A stretch of 64,000 nt of DNA from contig SDNP01000002.1 of the NCBI GenBank assembly GCA_004524445.1, positions 64,001-128,000 on the forward strand. Reading direction: 5' to 3'. Both the position numbers and the translations under genes were made by a program. Positions 28,089-37,830 of the stretch are shown piece by piece. The notes beneath the pieces are model-generated. The model was not told the origin of the DNA and searched no databases. It worked only from the letters and a program-made list of their open reading frames with translations. Position 1 is the first letter of the stretch. Every line of letters starts with the position of its first letter. This DNA comes from Candidatus Thorarchaeota archaeon. GTDB taxonomy: Archaea; Asgardarchaeota; Thorarchaeia; Thorarchaeales; Thorarchaeaceae.

Positions 28089-30455
28089 CTATCTTGTAAG
28101 TCTGCTTGCTGCAACTGCCACTTGCCCAACTGAAATACCACCATCTCCAGGGGGAATTGAGTCTTGAAGGAGAGGCTCAAGCCCATGACGATTCAATTCG
28201 GCTATTATTGCTCTTGTGATAATTCTATTCAAGGCAACTCCACCAGAAAATCCAACCTGTCGTATGCCATGATTATCAGCCGCTTGAGCTGCAATTCTGG
28301 CAAGCCCCCTTCCTACTGCTTGTTGTACTGCCATGGCCAGGTGTGATCTCTTTTCTCCTTGTTCTTTCATTTCAAGGAGTCGAAGAAGAAGATGCTCTGT
28401 GTCAAGCTGAGGACTTCCATTTGGTGATACTATATGTGGCTCAATTGATAGCTTTGTTGGCACAGCAACTGCTTCCAGTTTCATTGGACACTCCCCATCA
28501 TAGCTATTCTGGAAACATACTCCAAGAGCAAATGCAGCTGCATCTAGCACACGACCGGTACTGCTACTCTCAATCGTGTTTATATTTTTGTCAAGGGCAA
28601 TGAGCATCTGCTCGAAGGATTCCTCATTCATGCATATATCAGCTGCAACTTCTACATCTCGGACGTACCCAAACAACTCCTCTCTGCTTAACGAACCTCC
28701 TACGATTCCCATAAACGGTCGTGCCGCATATTTTGCTGATAGATCTCCACCAACATACAACTGAGGAGTCAAACCTCCAAACTTGGAGAAATGCCTCCCA
28801 TTCCCAACTAGGACTTCTCCTCCCCATGCTTCGCCATTAGGCCCGTAGCCATAACCATCGGCTGTAATACAGATAATACTTGTATCAGTCGTTAGTTTGT
28901 TATCAACTAGGATGGAAGCCAAATGAGCATGGTGATGCTGAACTTGGACCAAGGGAATATCCTTCTCTTGGGAGATGCGCCTTGCAAGATCAGTACTGAG
29001 AAACTCAGGATGTAAATCACAAGCAATACCATCAAGTTTCTCGACGCCAATGAGACTCATCAGATGTTGATACGCATCCCTAAGAAATTGAATATTCTCT
29101 AATTGGTCCGTATCACCAATGTATTGAGTAGGATATATGCTAGTTGCCTTCAGAATTGACGCGGTAGCTTTTTCTTCTGGACCCGTAGCAACAAGATTAA
29201 GACCATCACCAGGATAAGAAATTGGAATTGGTTCTGGCACATAACCTCTCGATCGTCTTATGAAGACAGAATTTTCATTAGTTACGTACTTGATTACAGA
29301 ATCATCAGCTCTTTGCCATATTCTTCTATCATGTACCAAGAAGTAGTCTGCAATCCCAGAGAGGTCTTTTCGCATTTTCTTTGGATCGATGTACATCGGT
29401 ATGCCAGTAGGGTTGGCACTTGTCAAAACAATGGCAGGTTCATCCATATAATGAAAGAGGAGATGATGAGAAGGAGCGTAGGGGAGCATAACACCTACGG
29501 TGTCCAGTCCGGGAGCTATGCTATCCAATGAATCTCGTGGTATTATATTCAACGCATTTTGTGACTCTCTTTTTCTAACAAGGACAATAGGACGTCTCCA
29601 CGAAAGAAGATCGTCTAATTCGTTCTCCGACGGATTGAAAGCAGACTCAACAATTGACTTGTTTCTGGCCATAATTGCGAACGGCCGCTGCTCTCTCATC
29701 TTCAATAAACGAAGTCTATTGATTGGCCTCGAGTTTCTAACCGCAGTGGCTAGATGAGTACCGGATATGCCTTGTACTGCCACGATTGACCCCGACTCTA
29801 TTAGCTCTGCCGCACTTTTCACTGCATTTTCTTTGGCAATATTGTTGCCCCTATCATTGAAAAGCTGGTATGTAGGACCACACTCCTCACATGCTGTTGT
29901 CTGTGCATGATATCTTCTATCCAACGGGTCTGTATAACCGGTATTACAAGTATTACATAACGGAAAATCAACCATGGTTGTGTGAGGTCTATCGTATGGA
30001 AGATCAGTGATAGTAGAGTATCTTGGTCCGCAAGCTGCACACGAAATGAATGGATAGAGATACCATCTCGATTGAGGATCGAATAGCTCTTCAACACAAG
30101 TGTCACAGATCGAAATGTCGGGTGGAATCACTGGTTCCGCGTTACCAGTTTTTTTTGCAGAGGATTTGATTATGGAAAAATCGTCGAATGAGTTCTGCTT
30201 TGGCAACCATTCTGTGTCCAGTTGTTCAATTCTTGAAATGGATGGAGGGTTCTCTTTCAACTCATTAAGCAAAGACTTGATTCTTGTCTTCTTTCCTTCG
30301 ACAACAATCTCAACACCTGCATCTCCTAGATTCAAAACATATCCTTTCAAGGATAGTCCCTTTGCCACTCGATATACAAATGGTCTAAATCCCACACCTT
30401 GTACAATTCCATTGATGTGGATTTTAGCTCTGACACTCAGTTTATGAAACCTCAC
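28089..30455 (-). CDS. hypF: Hydrogenase maturation carbamoyltransferase HypF
   Basis: GIVQGVGFRPFVY acylphosphatase domain, Zn fingers, RRYHAQ, HHHAH, DGYGYG, PPGDGGISVGQ. Confidence 0.97.
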   Translation of the reverse strand: MRFHKLSVRAKIHINGIVQGVGFRPFVYRVAKGLSLKGYVLNLGDAGVEIVVEGKKTRIKSLLNELKENPPSISRIEQLDTEWLPKQNSFDDFSIIKSSAKKTGNAEPVIPPDISICDTCVEELFDPQSRWYLYPFISCAACGPRYSTITDLPYDRPHTTMVDFPLCNTCNTGYTDPLDRRYHAQTTACEECGPTYQLFNDRGNNIAKENAVKSAAELIESGSIVAVQGISGTHLATAVRNSRPINRLRLLKMREQRPFAIMARNKSIVESAFNPSENELDDLLSWRRPIVLVRKRESQNALNIIPRDSLDSIAPGLDTVGVMLPYAPSHHLLFHYMDEPAIVLTSANPTGIPMYIDPKKMRKDLSGIADYFLVHDRRIWQRADDSVIKYVTNENSVFIRRSRGYVPEPIPISYPGDGLNLVATGPEEKATASILKATSIYPTQYIGDTDQLENIQFLRDAYQHLMSLIGVEKLDGIACDLHPEFLSTDLARRISQEKDIPLVQVQHHHAHLASILVDNKLTTDTSIICITADGYGYGPNGEAWGGEVLVGNGRHFSKFGGLTPQLYVGGDLSAKYAARPFMGIVGGSLSREELFGYVRDVEVAADICMNEESFEQMLIALDKNINTIESSSTGRVLDAAAFALGVCFQNSYDGECPMKLEAVAVPTKLSIEPHIVSPNGSPQLDTEHLLLRLLEMKEQGEKRSHLAMAVQQAVGRGLARIAAQAADNHGIRQVGFSGGVALNRIITRAIIAELNRHGLEPLLQDSIPPGDGGISVGQVAVAASRLTR

Positions 30456-30598
30456 TGTTCTGAATTCGTGTTATCGATATTAATACCATGAAGTGGCAAA
30501 TAATCTCTGTATCGATATAATTGTATTACAAGTATTACAATTAGCAATCGACACTCACAGGTAGGTTTTCTTAAGGCATGGCACATACCCAATTGTGA

Positions 30599-31021
30599 AT
30601 GACATTGACTTCCTCAAGGACACCTCATCCGAAACCGGGGAGAGAACCCATAGCTACCCCCTCAATCCTCGCAAACATTCCCGACTGTCTTCGGCAAATA
30701 CTTGTCGAGGCCGCTGATAACTCAAAGAAGAGAAAGAAATCAATTCTGATATCTAGTAATAGTTTGGCTAATAGATTCATTCTAGAACGATGGGGAATAC
30801 GACCATCTCAGCGCAGGAAATTCAGAAATCTATTTTCACAAATTCGCAAACACTGTAGGAAGATATTCGATCATCTTCTCAATAGGAAAAGAATGGAATT
30901 CGATATGAATTTGAATCGTTATTTGTTTGGAATCTACAAGTTCGATGAAATCCGCGGAAACACAATCCTTGCTTTTGTACAAGTTCCTGAGAGAGAAGGA
31001 TGGACACTTCCCTGCAAGTAA
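30599..31021 (+). CDS. Basic hypothetical protein (possible nucleic-acid binding)
   Basis: 140 aa, Lys/Arg-rich helical core; flanked on both sides by GTAWTAC arrays. Confidence 0.6.
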   Translation: MTLTSSRTPHPKPGREPIATPSILANIPDCLRQILVEAADNSKKRKKSILISSNSLANRFILERWGIRPSQRRKFRNLFSQIRKHCRKIFDHLLNRKRMEFDMNLNRYLFGIYKFDEIRGNTILAFVQVPEREGWTLPCK

Positions 31022-31198
31022 TATGTGTAATACAGTGAAACCTAAGCAAAATCTTTATCCACTATTCGGCGTATACAAAAACGTATCCGTAGAGAGTAAC
31101 AGAAAACCGATTTGACAAAGTCCTCTCATAACTCTTTAAAATAGAAAATAGAGGATTATGAGCCCTTTTCAAAAAACCTCGTTCTCTCCAAAAATCAG

Positions 31199-31747
31199 GT
31201 GGAGATTATGACTCAAGGCACCAACGACGTGAATTTCGAGAAGATAAGGAAGGCTTCCCAGGGCACCAAGAGAGTGCTAAGGGAACCAATCATGAAGTCA
31301 TTACTACAAAATTCCCTCCTCACGGAAACGCAACTAGAAACGCTCCTAATTGATTTGCTTGTCGAAGACAATTTCGGTAAGCACATTCCGTATGATACGA
31401 AGGCCTCACTGCGTACAACTGAAAATGGCAAGGGTGTTTCTAGAGGAGCATTCAATAGGACACTTCAACAAGCTCGCGAAAATATTACAAAAAGCATCTA
31501 CACCATGCTTCTGTTAGGATACCTTGGTCTATTTGAAATTGCCATATTTCGGCCATTTGAAGAAGTTGCAGCCAAGATAGGCGACTATAGACATATCAGG
31601 GAGGTATTGGCAGGAAGAGAAAAGTTAACAGAAGAGGATCTTGAGAGTCATAGGGCCGCAGAAGAAACAATCATTTCTGCACTCCATGAGCTGGCATCGC
31701 CACTGAATCTTAAAACTGAACTATCAAAAGAGACTGGATCTGAATAG
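31199..31747 (+). CDS. Conserved-type archaeal HTH-like protein
   Basis: SLLTETQLETLLID...GVSRGAFNRTLQQARENITKSIYTMLLLGYLG (HTH-like recognition helix). Confidence 0.65.
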   Translation: MEIMTQGTNDVNFEKIRKASQGTKRVLREPIMKSLLQNSLLTETQLETLLIDLLVEDNFGKHIPYDTKASLRTTENGKGVSRGAFNRTLQQARENITKSIYTMLLLGYLGLFEIAIFRPFEEVAAKIGDYRHIREVLAGREKLTEEDLESHRAAEETIISALHELASPLNLKTELSKETGSE

Positions 31748-32213
31748 AGTCTCCGTGCAAGCTTCTTCCGTATTATTCCAGGAATCAATGATTGCGAAGT
31801 AAAAAAATTGGCACGAATGTGTCGTGTTTTATGACTGAACTCGTAAGCGACGAGTAGTTCCGCACAGTCCTACCTACACTGTATCTACTTGGAGGTATAT
31901 TTGTATGAGGAGATAGAGATAGCAATGCAAGTTGAGATCTGTGACTTATGAAACAAACCTCGAAACCAGCATTCAATCATTACTCCACAACACACTCACT
32001 CTATATAGGAATACATTGATACATAGTTCTAATCATAGAACAAGCATTTTTGGCACTATTATTCGTATTTTTAATAGTAATAAATTATTTACAGAAAAAT
32101 TTGCACGAATCATATTATTATTTGTAATACAAATAATACGTCACCCCCTCATTTTGAAAAGTAATCTTGTTTTAATACAAAATGAACACATGAACAGTGG
32201 TAGTGAATAGAGA

Positions 32214-33428
32214 TTGGATTACAGTAAGGCACGAAAACGATTACGGGAACAAGTGAGGAAGAAAATCCAGCAGCTATCGGAAATCGAGCTCAGTAAAGCA
32301 ATAACTAATGCCATTGGCGAGAGGCGGATTAGGGATTTAATTGATTATCTTATTGGTATTGAATTAGAGGAGGGTTGGAACCAATCTCTAGACTATTTGG
32401 GGGATTCACTAAATCGAGAGTATGAAATCCCTCCACTGACCGGAAGGAAGACAAGAAGAATGGAACCCCTCAAATTTCGGGAAGTCCTTTTTTCTATCTT
32501 CGATTGCCAAGGGCTAGAAGCAATCAATATAGACACCATGACCATAATCTCAAAACTCCATAATGCACAATCAATCACAAATGCAGAGATATTCTTTAAA
32601 GAAATAGTTAATGAAAAACTTCAGTGTCATTTGAAGGATTCCAACCTTCTCTTCATTAATATCGATGGTGTGAAATCTTACCTTGACACCAACCTGATAA
32701 ATCAGATCCATGAAAAGATGGAGGAAAACCTGTTGTCAGTTTCACTGAAGAGCAATTCCGAGTCGGTTGACATATCACCATTATGGTACACAGAGTATGG
32801 TCGGACAGCTCTGTGCAGACTTGGGATACAGGGAAGCCATATCGACAAACAAACACTCGACATGGTATTATCCGTATTACCAGTATCACAAACTGTTCGG
32901 GGCAATATTACTAATAATATGCATGCAAGACGCCTGAATCCTCCCCTGAATGATGAATATCAATCTCTGCTTAGAGCAATGATTGAGCAAGATATTATGA
33001 CTCTTGCAAAACTTGGTAGTCGAAATGCGATTCCTCTCATGAACTACTTGCTTGAAGAATCTGTTGACACTTTTAATTCAGAATACACCTCCCAAAAATA
33101 TTCCAAAATAGCAGAGCAGTTATCCAATCATTTGTTTATCCGGTCAATCGATTCTATCCTGTCGTTTGAAAAGATGACAAGGGCCGATGATCATCGCATC
33201 TCAAGTCTAGCAATTATTGCTCTAGGCAACTACTACCACGAATCCGCAGTTATCATCTTGGCAGAAATACTGTGCAGAACAAAAAACAGTGATCTTGTAA
33301 ACTACGCATCACAATCACTTAGACGGATCAAGAGCAAATTTCCTGAAACCAAACCTATACTCAAGAAATTGATGGATACTATGCACAATAATTGCAAGCC
33401 GCTCAGACAATTTTTGGAGAGTTACTAA
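32214..33428 (+). CDS. Hypothetical helical protein with C-terminal HEAT/PBS-like repeat
   Basis: 404 aa; DHRISSLAIIALGNY...AVIILAEIL...LVNYASQSLRRI. Confidence 0.6.
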   Translation: MDYSKARKRLREQVRKKIQQLSEIELSKAITNAIGERRIRDLIDYLIGIELEEGWNQSLDYLGDSLNREYEIPPLTGRKTRRMEPLKFREVLFSIFDCQGLEAINIDTMTIISKLHNAQSITNAEIFFKEIVNEKLQCHLKDSNLLFINIDGVKSYLDTNLINQIHEKMEENLLSVSLKSNSESVDISPLWYTEYGRTALCRLGIQGSHIDKQTLDMVLSVLPVSQTVRGNITNNMHARRLNPPLNDEYQSLLRAMIEQDIMTLAKLGSRNAIPLMNYLLEESVDTFNSEYTSQKYSKIAEQLSNHLFIRSIDSILSFEKMTRADDHRISSLAIIALGNYYHESAVIILAEILCRTKNSDLVNYASQSLRRIKSKFPETKPILKKLMDTMHNNCKPLRQFLESY

Positions 33429-33515
33429 CCAACTCAACACAGAAATCATGTATTATATGTAATACAAAGCTAAATCACAACAGAATTAAAACTGTAGTGG
33501 TAGTGAACCAGTCCC

Positions 33516-34904
33516 ATGAGCGGTACATTAGATTCCAATGCAATGCAGATTGGCAAATTTTTCAATCCAAATAGTGTTGCCTTGGTCGGAGCTTCGGCTG
33601 ATTATAGAAAACTGGGAAATTCAATTCTCATGAACTTACTTGCGTCAGAGGTAGAAGTATATCCTGTCACTCGAAGTAGAACCCAGGTTCTGGGAGTAAA
33701 GGCATATCCCAGTCTCATAGATTTGCCGAAGAGAGTTGATCTCGTTATCATTGCAGTTGCCGCCAAATATTGTCCCAATCTGATGCAAGATGTAAGGCAG
33801 GCAGGTGCTCACCATGCTGTGATAATCTCTGGAGGTTTCAGTGAAACTGGTGATGAAGGAGCTAAACTGGAAGAGCTTCTTGTGGAAGAAGCCAAGAAGA
33901 ATGAAGTACGGATTATTGGTCCAAATTGCGTTGGGGTTTCCAACAGTCGTTTATTCAATGGCACATTTACGATGATGCCCGAAAGAGGTAATATCGCCTT
34001 AATTTCGCAAAGTGGTGCTCTTGGTGGAATGCTGATATACACGACACGGTCGAAACGAATAGGGATGAGTAAGTTCGCAAGTATTGGAAATGCAGCTGAT
34101 GTTGAATTTACCGAGCTACTCGATTATTTCAGTAAGGACCCAAAGACATCTGTTATCGCTGTCTATATTGAGGGTGTCGAACATGGCCGTGCACTTTACG
34201 AGTCATTAAGAACTGCATCGCGGAAAAAACCCGTAGTGGTTCTTAAGGGTGGAAAAAGCAAAGCGGGAAGCAAAGCAACGCTGAGCCACACAGGGTCTCT
34301 TGCCGGGTCACCTCGATTGTTTGATGGGATGATTAAACAAGCAGGTTGTGTTTGTGCACCCACCTTTGACTCGTTCTTGGAAGTCTGCAAGTTATTTGAC
34401 TATCAGCCTCTGCCACAAGGTCGTAATATTGGTATTATCAGTAATACAGGGGGTGCCGCAGTCTTAGCAACTGACGCTGCATCCGCATTGGGGCTCAAGA
34501 TACCTACACTTGAAGAATCCACAATGAAAGAAATGAGACAAGCAATGTCACCAATGGCATCCGTTGAAAATCCTGTTGATGTTGTGGCAAGCGGGGGTAG
34601 AAGAGAATACAAACTGGCAACAAAGTTAATGCTGGAAGATAACCATGTTGACATGCTATTGGTAATCTGTGGAGTCCCAACTTTTGCGGGAATGACTCAG
34701 ACAGAGCATGCTGCTGGTACGTTGGAGGGAATTAGGACTGCAAATAACAACAAACCCGTTGTTGGTGTTTGGCTTTCAGGAGATGTGGGTAAACCTGGAA
34801 AGGATCTACTTGAGATGAATCGAATTCCTTGTTATGACGATCCTTCACTGGCGGCGTTATGCATGGAACGAGTTGCTTCATATTCACTTCATGAACAGAG
34901 GTAG
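33516..34904 (+). CDS. acdA: Acyl-CoA synthetase (ADP-forming) alpha subunit
   Basis: FNPNSVALVGAS, IISGGFSE, IIGPNCVG, ISQSGA, SHTGSLAG phospho-His, NPVDV. Confidence 0.9.
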   Translation: MSGTLDSNAMQIGKFFNPNSVALVGASADYRKLGNSILMNLLASEVEVYPVTRSRTQVLGVKAYPSLIDLPKRVDLVIIAVAAKYCPNLMQDVRQAGAHHAVIISGGFSETGDEGAKLEELLVEEAKKNEVRIIGPNCVGVSNSRLFNGTFTMMPERGNIALISQSGALGGMLIYTTRSKRIGMSKFASIGNAADVEFTELLDYFSKDPKTSVIAVYIEGVEHGRALYESLRTASRKKPVVVLKGGKSKAGSKATLSHTGSLAGSPRLFDGMIKQAGCVCAPTFDSFLEVCKLFDYQPLPQGRNIGIISNTGGAAVLATDAASALGLKIPTLEESTMKEMRQAMSPMASVENPVDVVASGGRREYKLATKLMLEDNHVDMLLVICGVPTFAGMTQTEHAAGTLEGIRTANNNKPVVGVWLSGDVGKPGKDLLEMNRIPCYDDPSLAALCMERVASYSLHEQR

Positions 34905-34931
34905 ATATGTTTCTGTAATACAATTATTACC

Positions 34932-35222
34932 TTAGCTTTCAAGATGAACTCCAGCGATATTTGGAAATTCTTCCTGAACTGCATCTCTCAGCTTGCGTTC
35001 TACCCACATGCTCAGATTAATTGCCCGTTCTGTTCTTACAGCCTGGAGGCAGGACCTCAGGTCTGTACTAACGCTAAAAGACATGATTGGACTATTCCTT
35101 TCTTTATTTGGAACGGCTACACTTTCTTGTTGCTTAGCTTCTGCAGTGGTTTCAATTTCTTCCTCTGTTGTATCCTTGTCGCGTTTCTCCTCTTCTTTCC
35201 TATATTTTCCTAAGAGACTCAA
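34932..35222 (-). CDS. Small ribbon-helix-helix protein with disordered charged N-terminus
   Basis: C-terminal beta strand IMSFSVS, helix DLRSCLQAVRTE, turn, helix NLSMWVERKLRDAV; N-terminal ~45 aa charged and low-complexity; start directly abuts ATPase stop. Confidence 0.7.
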   Translation of the reverse strand: MSLLGKYRKEEEKRDKDTTEEEIETTAEAKQQESVAVPNKERNSPIMSFSVSTDLRSCLQAVRTERAINLSMWVERKLRDAVQEEFPNIAGVHLES

Positions 35223-36197
35223 CTATCTTACCTCCTTCAATATACTTGCATACGCCTCTGAAACCAATCTGGCAATTTCCACATTTATTTCAGGGCTACC
35301 ACTCTCCCGAAGGTTTTCAGCTGCAACCTGCTGGCACCCTCGAGCCAGCATACGAATATCCCGTGGATTTCCTCCTGCAGCATCATTGATCACCTCAATT
35401 GCTTCTTCATGGAATGGATAAACATCAAAATCTGTAGGATCAAAGCTATCGATTTCCCCTTTAGCATACGCTATTCTTCTGCCAATGAATTCTTTCGCTT
35501 TGCCGTCTTCGAGCTTCGGAATGTCCAACGGTTCTGTCCTATCAGCTATTTGAGGGAGAAAATTAAGCATTGCATTCCAATACTCTGCAGTTCCACTCAT
35601 CACGAGTGTAACTATTGGTTCATCCAAGGTTCTGGGATACTCATCTTTCATTTCTTCCGTAGGAAGATCGGCAAGGTATCTGAGTTTGTGAAAGGCAGCC
35701 TCTTGATTATCTGCAACATCCTCGATGAAAAGAGCAGTTCTACTCTGTTCCTCTATGTAGCGACGTACACACTCCTTTGCAACCGCCTCTATAATTTGAG
35801 AAGACTCCCAAGAGCGTCTATACTTGATTCTCAACGAGTCGGCAATGGCAGCAGCCATTTGTTTCTCATATAGACCAGTCATTCCAACGTACCCTGTGAC
35901 AAATTTATTTCCCCTTCTATCGGCCAATGTGGGAAGGTCTCTCAATGCCAATAACATTAGAGTACTCTTTCCCGAACCTACAGGGCCTCTAAGGAAAATA
36001 TGACGTTCATTGGTTATTATTAGATCCACAATACTATCAAGAAAATCAGGGTGCTCCACATAGAGCCTCGAGTCCGGCATTTTGAATCCTCGAAATGGTG
36101 AGAATCTTGCGCCTATCTTCTCCTCCCACGCTCGAAGTGTTTCTTTTCGAGTATTGAAATGACGAATCAATGCGGATTCGTGAACTGCAATTGTCAT
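35223..36197 (-). CDS. ExeA/TniB/MuB-like AAA+ ATPase (AAA_22-type)
   Basis: N-terminal SPF motif, Walker A GPVGSGKST, variant Walker B LFIEDV, sensor-1 LVMSGT, Arg finger IADR, sensor-2 GGNPRDI. Confidence 0.8.
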   Translation of the reverse strand: MTIAVHESALIRHFNTRKETLRAWEEKIGARFSPFRGFKMPDSRLYVEHPDFLDSIVDLIITNERHIFLRGPVGSGKSTLMLLALRDLPTLADRRGNKFVTGYVGMTGLYEKQMAAAIADSLRIKYRRSWESSQIIEAVAKECVRRYIEEQSRTALFIEDVADNQEAAFHKLRYLADLPTEEMKDEYPRTLDEPIVTLVMSGTAEYWNAMLNFLPQIADRTEPLDIPKLEDGKAKEFIGRRIAYAKGEIDSFDPTDFDVYPFHEEAIEVINDAAGGNPRDIRMLARGCQQVAAENLRESGSPEINVEIARLVSEAYASILKEVR

Positions 36198-36390
36198 TGT
36201 TTCAATTCCTTTGTATCACAAGTAGTGTTTGTATTACAATATTTCGATGGCTTTTCCTACATAAATATTGCGAGAGAAGTCAGCTTCTGTATCATGGTCG
36301 TTTCCATACGGAACCTTTTTGAGCAACTACAAACTGCCAGAGAGCTAGCAGAGATAGAAACCTGTTTCTAACCTCTGGGAGGAATAAGAA

Positions 36391-36669
36391 GTGAATCTAG
36401 ATAGAATTCGACGAGTCCTTAATTCAATGATGATTTTTACTTTCCTAATTTTTGGAGCGCTCGTTGGGATAATATTCCTCTTAGATACTCCTCTCACTAA
36501 ATCCGTTGCCGCTCTCCCGTTCGCCTTTCTGTTTATATCTGCAATGACTCTCATCACAACCGGTCAGATTAAAGAGAAACCAAAGGCCGCAATGAAATAT
36601 GTACAAGAGTGGCTTGCCATATGCATATTTGTCGTACTAATTGCAGCCGCAGTTTATCTCGTTTCCTAA
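36391..36669 (+). CDS. Small three-TM membrane protein
   Basis: 92 aa with three hydrophobic segments; GGAGG RBS upstream; divergent from ATPase. Confidence 0.7.
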   Translation: MNLDRIRRVLNSMMIFTFLIFGALVGIIFLLDTPLTKSVAALPFAFLFISAMTLITTGQIKEKPKAAMKYVQEWLAICIFVVLIAAAVYLVS

Positions 36670-36742
36670 TACAATAGTTTTAGCACTTCATCTACCTCAA
36701 CGATTTGCCTCAGCAACTAGTCAGTTATACAAAGAGAGAACT

Positions 36743-37380
36743 ATGAGTAAAATCCTGCCTGGAACAAAGACCACAAGGATGTAATTACTTCGAATTAAGA
36801 ACAGGAAAGAGCTTGGAGAACGAGGTCATAATCTGCTAAAAGAAAAGCGTGATGCATTGATTATGGAATTCTTCAATACCACAGCCGAAATAAAAAAGGC
36901 AAGACAGGGTGTGGAAGCTGCTCTCTTAGAAGCCTACTCTGACTTAACACAAGCCAAGATGATGATGGGCCCAGCTCGAGTAAAAGCATTCATCTATGCA
37001 AGCATGATGAAGAACAGGTTGAATATCAAAACCAGATTGCTTATGGGTGTTCGAGTACCTGTCTTGTCAGTTGAATAGGAAATACCTGAATTGCCCATGC
37101 TTTAGCTGGCTCCAGTACCAAACTTGATATTATGGCTAAAAGATTCCAAGAGGCTTTGATTGCCATATTGGGACTAGCTGAAATTGAATGGACCCTGAAG
37201 CGACTAGCACTTGAGATTGAACGAACTAAGCGACGAGTATCTGCTCTGGAAACCATTGTTTTACCTCGCTTGGAAGCAACCGCACGGTTTGTCAGGCTGG
37301 CATTAGAGGATCGGGAAAGAGAAGAATCCATTCGCCTTAAGATAATCAGAAACCGGATGCAAGAAGAGAAGTCTGCTTAG
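36743..37380 (+). pseudogene. atpD: A/V-type ATP synthase subunit D pseudogene
   Basis: TTRM*LLRIK...GHNLLKEKRDALIMEF, MGVRVP, EIERTKRRVSALE...REREESIRLK; TAA at 36782, TAG at 37076, -1 frameshift near 37097. Confidence 0.85.
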
Positions 37381-37769
37381 CTCTTTCTCAATTTCAATAT
37401 TGCAGCGGCTAAATCGCCTTTTGTTTCTTCAAGAGTTTGCTTTGCCGTTTGAATATCTGTTCCAGTCTGTTCAGCAACCAGTGCTGCATCTTCCATGGGT
37501 ATCTCAACTTTCTTCTCTTCAATCGGAGCTGCCTTGCCACCCTTTGTAATATCTCTCTCAGTTTTGGATCCGCTGATTTGATAGGACTCATTGCCAGCTT
37601 GTTTCACAAGCGCTACTTGTGGGTCTTCTATCACCCATTCCTTGTCAGCAAATCGAATGATCACTTCATTTACTCCATCAATGTCTTTTTGTTCTATGCC
37701 CATCTTCTTCATCATTCTAGCAAGTTGCTTAGGTGACAGTCCTCTGAAACCCATTGTTTTTTTCCTCAT
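37377..37769 (-). CDS. nac: Nascent polypeptide-associated complex protein
   Basis: SPKQLARMMKKMGI, EVIIR, C-terminal UBA (EDAALVAEQTG...GDLAAAILKL); start at 37769. Confidence 0.93.
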   Translation of the reverse strand: MRKKTMGFRGLSPKQLARMMKKMGIEQKDIDGVNEVIIRFADKEWVIEDPQVALVKQAGNESYQISGSKTERDITKGGKAAPIEEKKVEIPMEDAALVAEQTGTDIQTAKQTLEETKGDLAAAILKLRKS

Positions 37770-37830
37770 GATATATTCGTGTTTACATACTACACTAGGT
37801 TCAATTCTATCAAACGATAAAACAATTACG

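Noticed and set aside
35223-36197. ATPase as part of a Tn7/Mu/IS21 transposon or a type II secretion system
   Set aside because: No transposase, terminal inverted repeats or secretion genes adjacent; the flanks are housekeeping genes.
36782-37078. Stop-codon recoding (Sec/Pyl) in atpD
   Set aside because: One stop is TAA and there is also a frameshift; other genes terminate normally at TAG/TGA.
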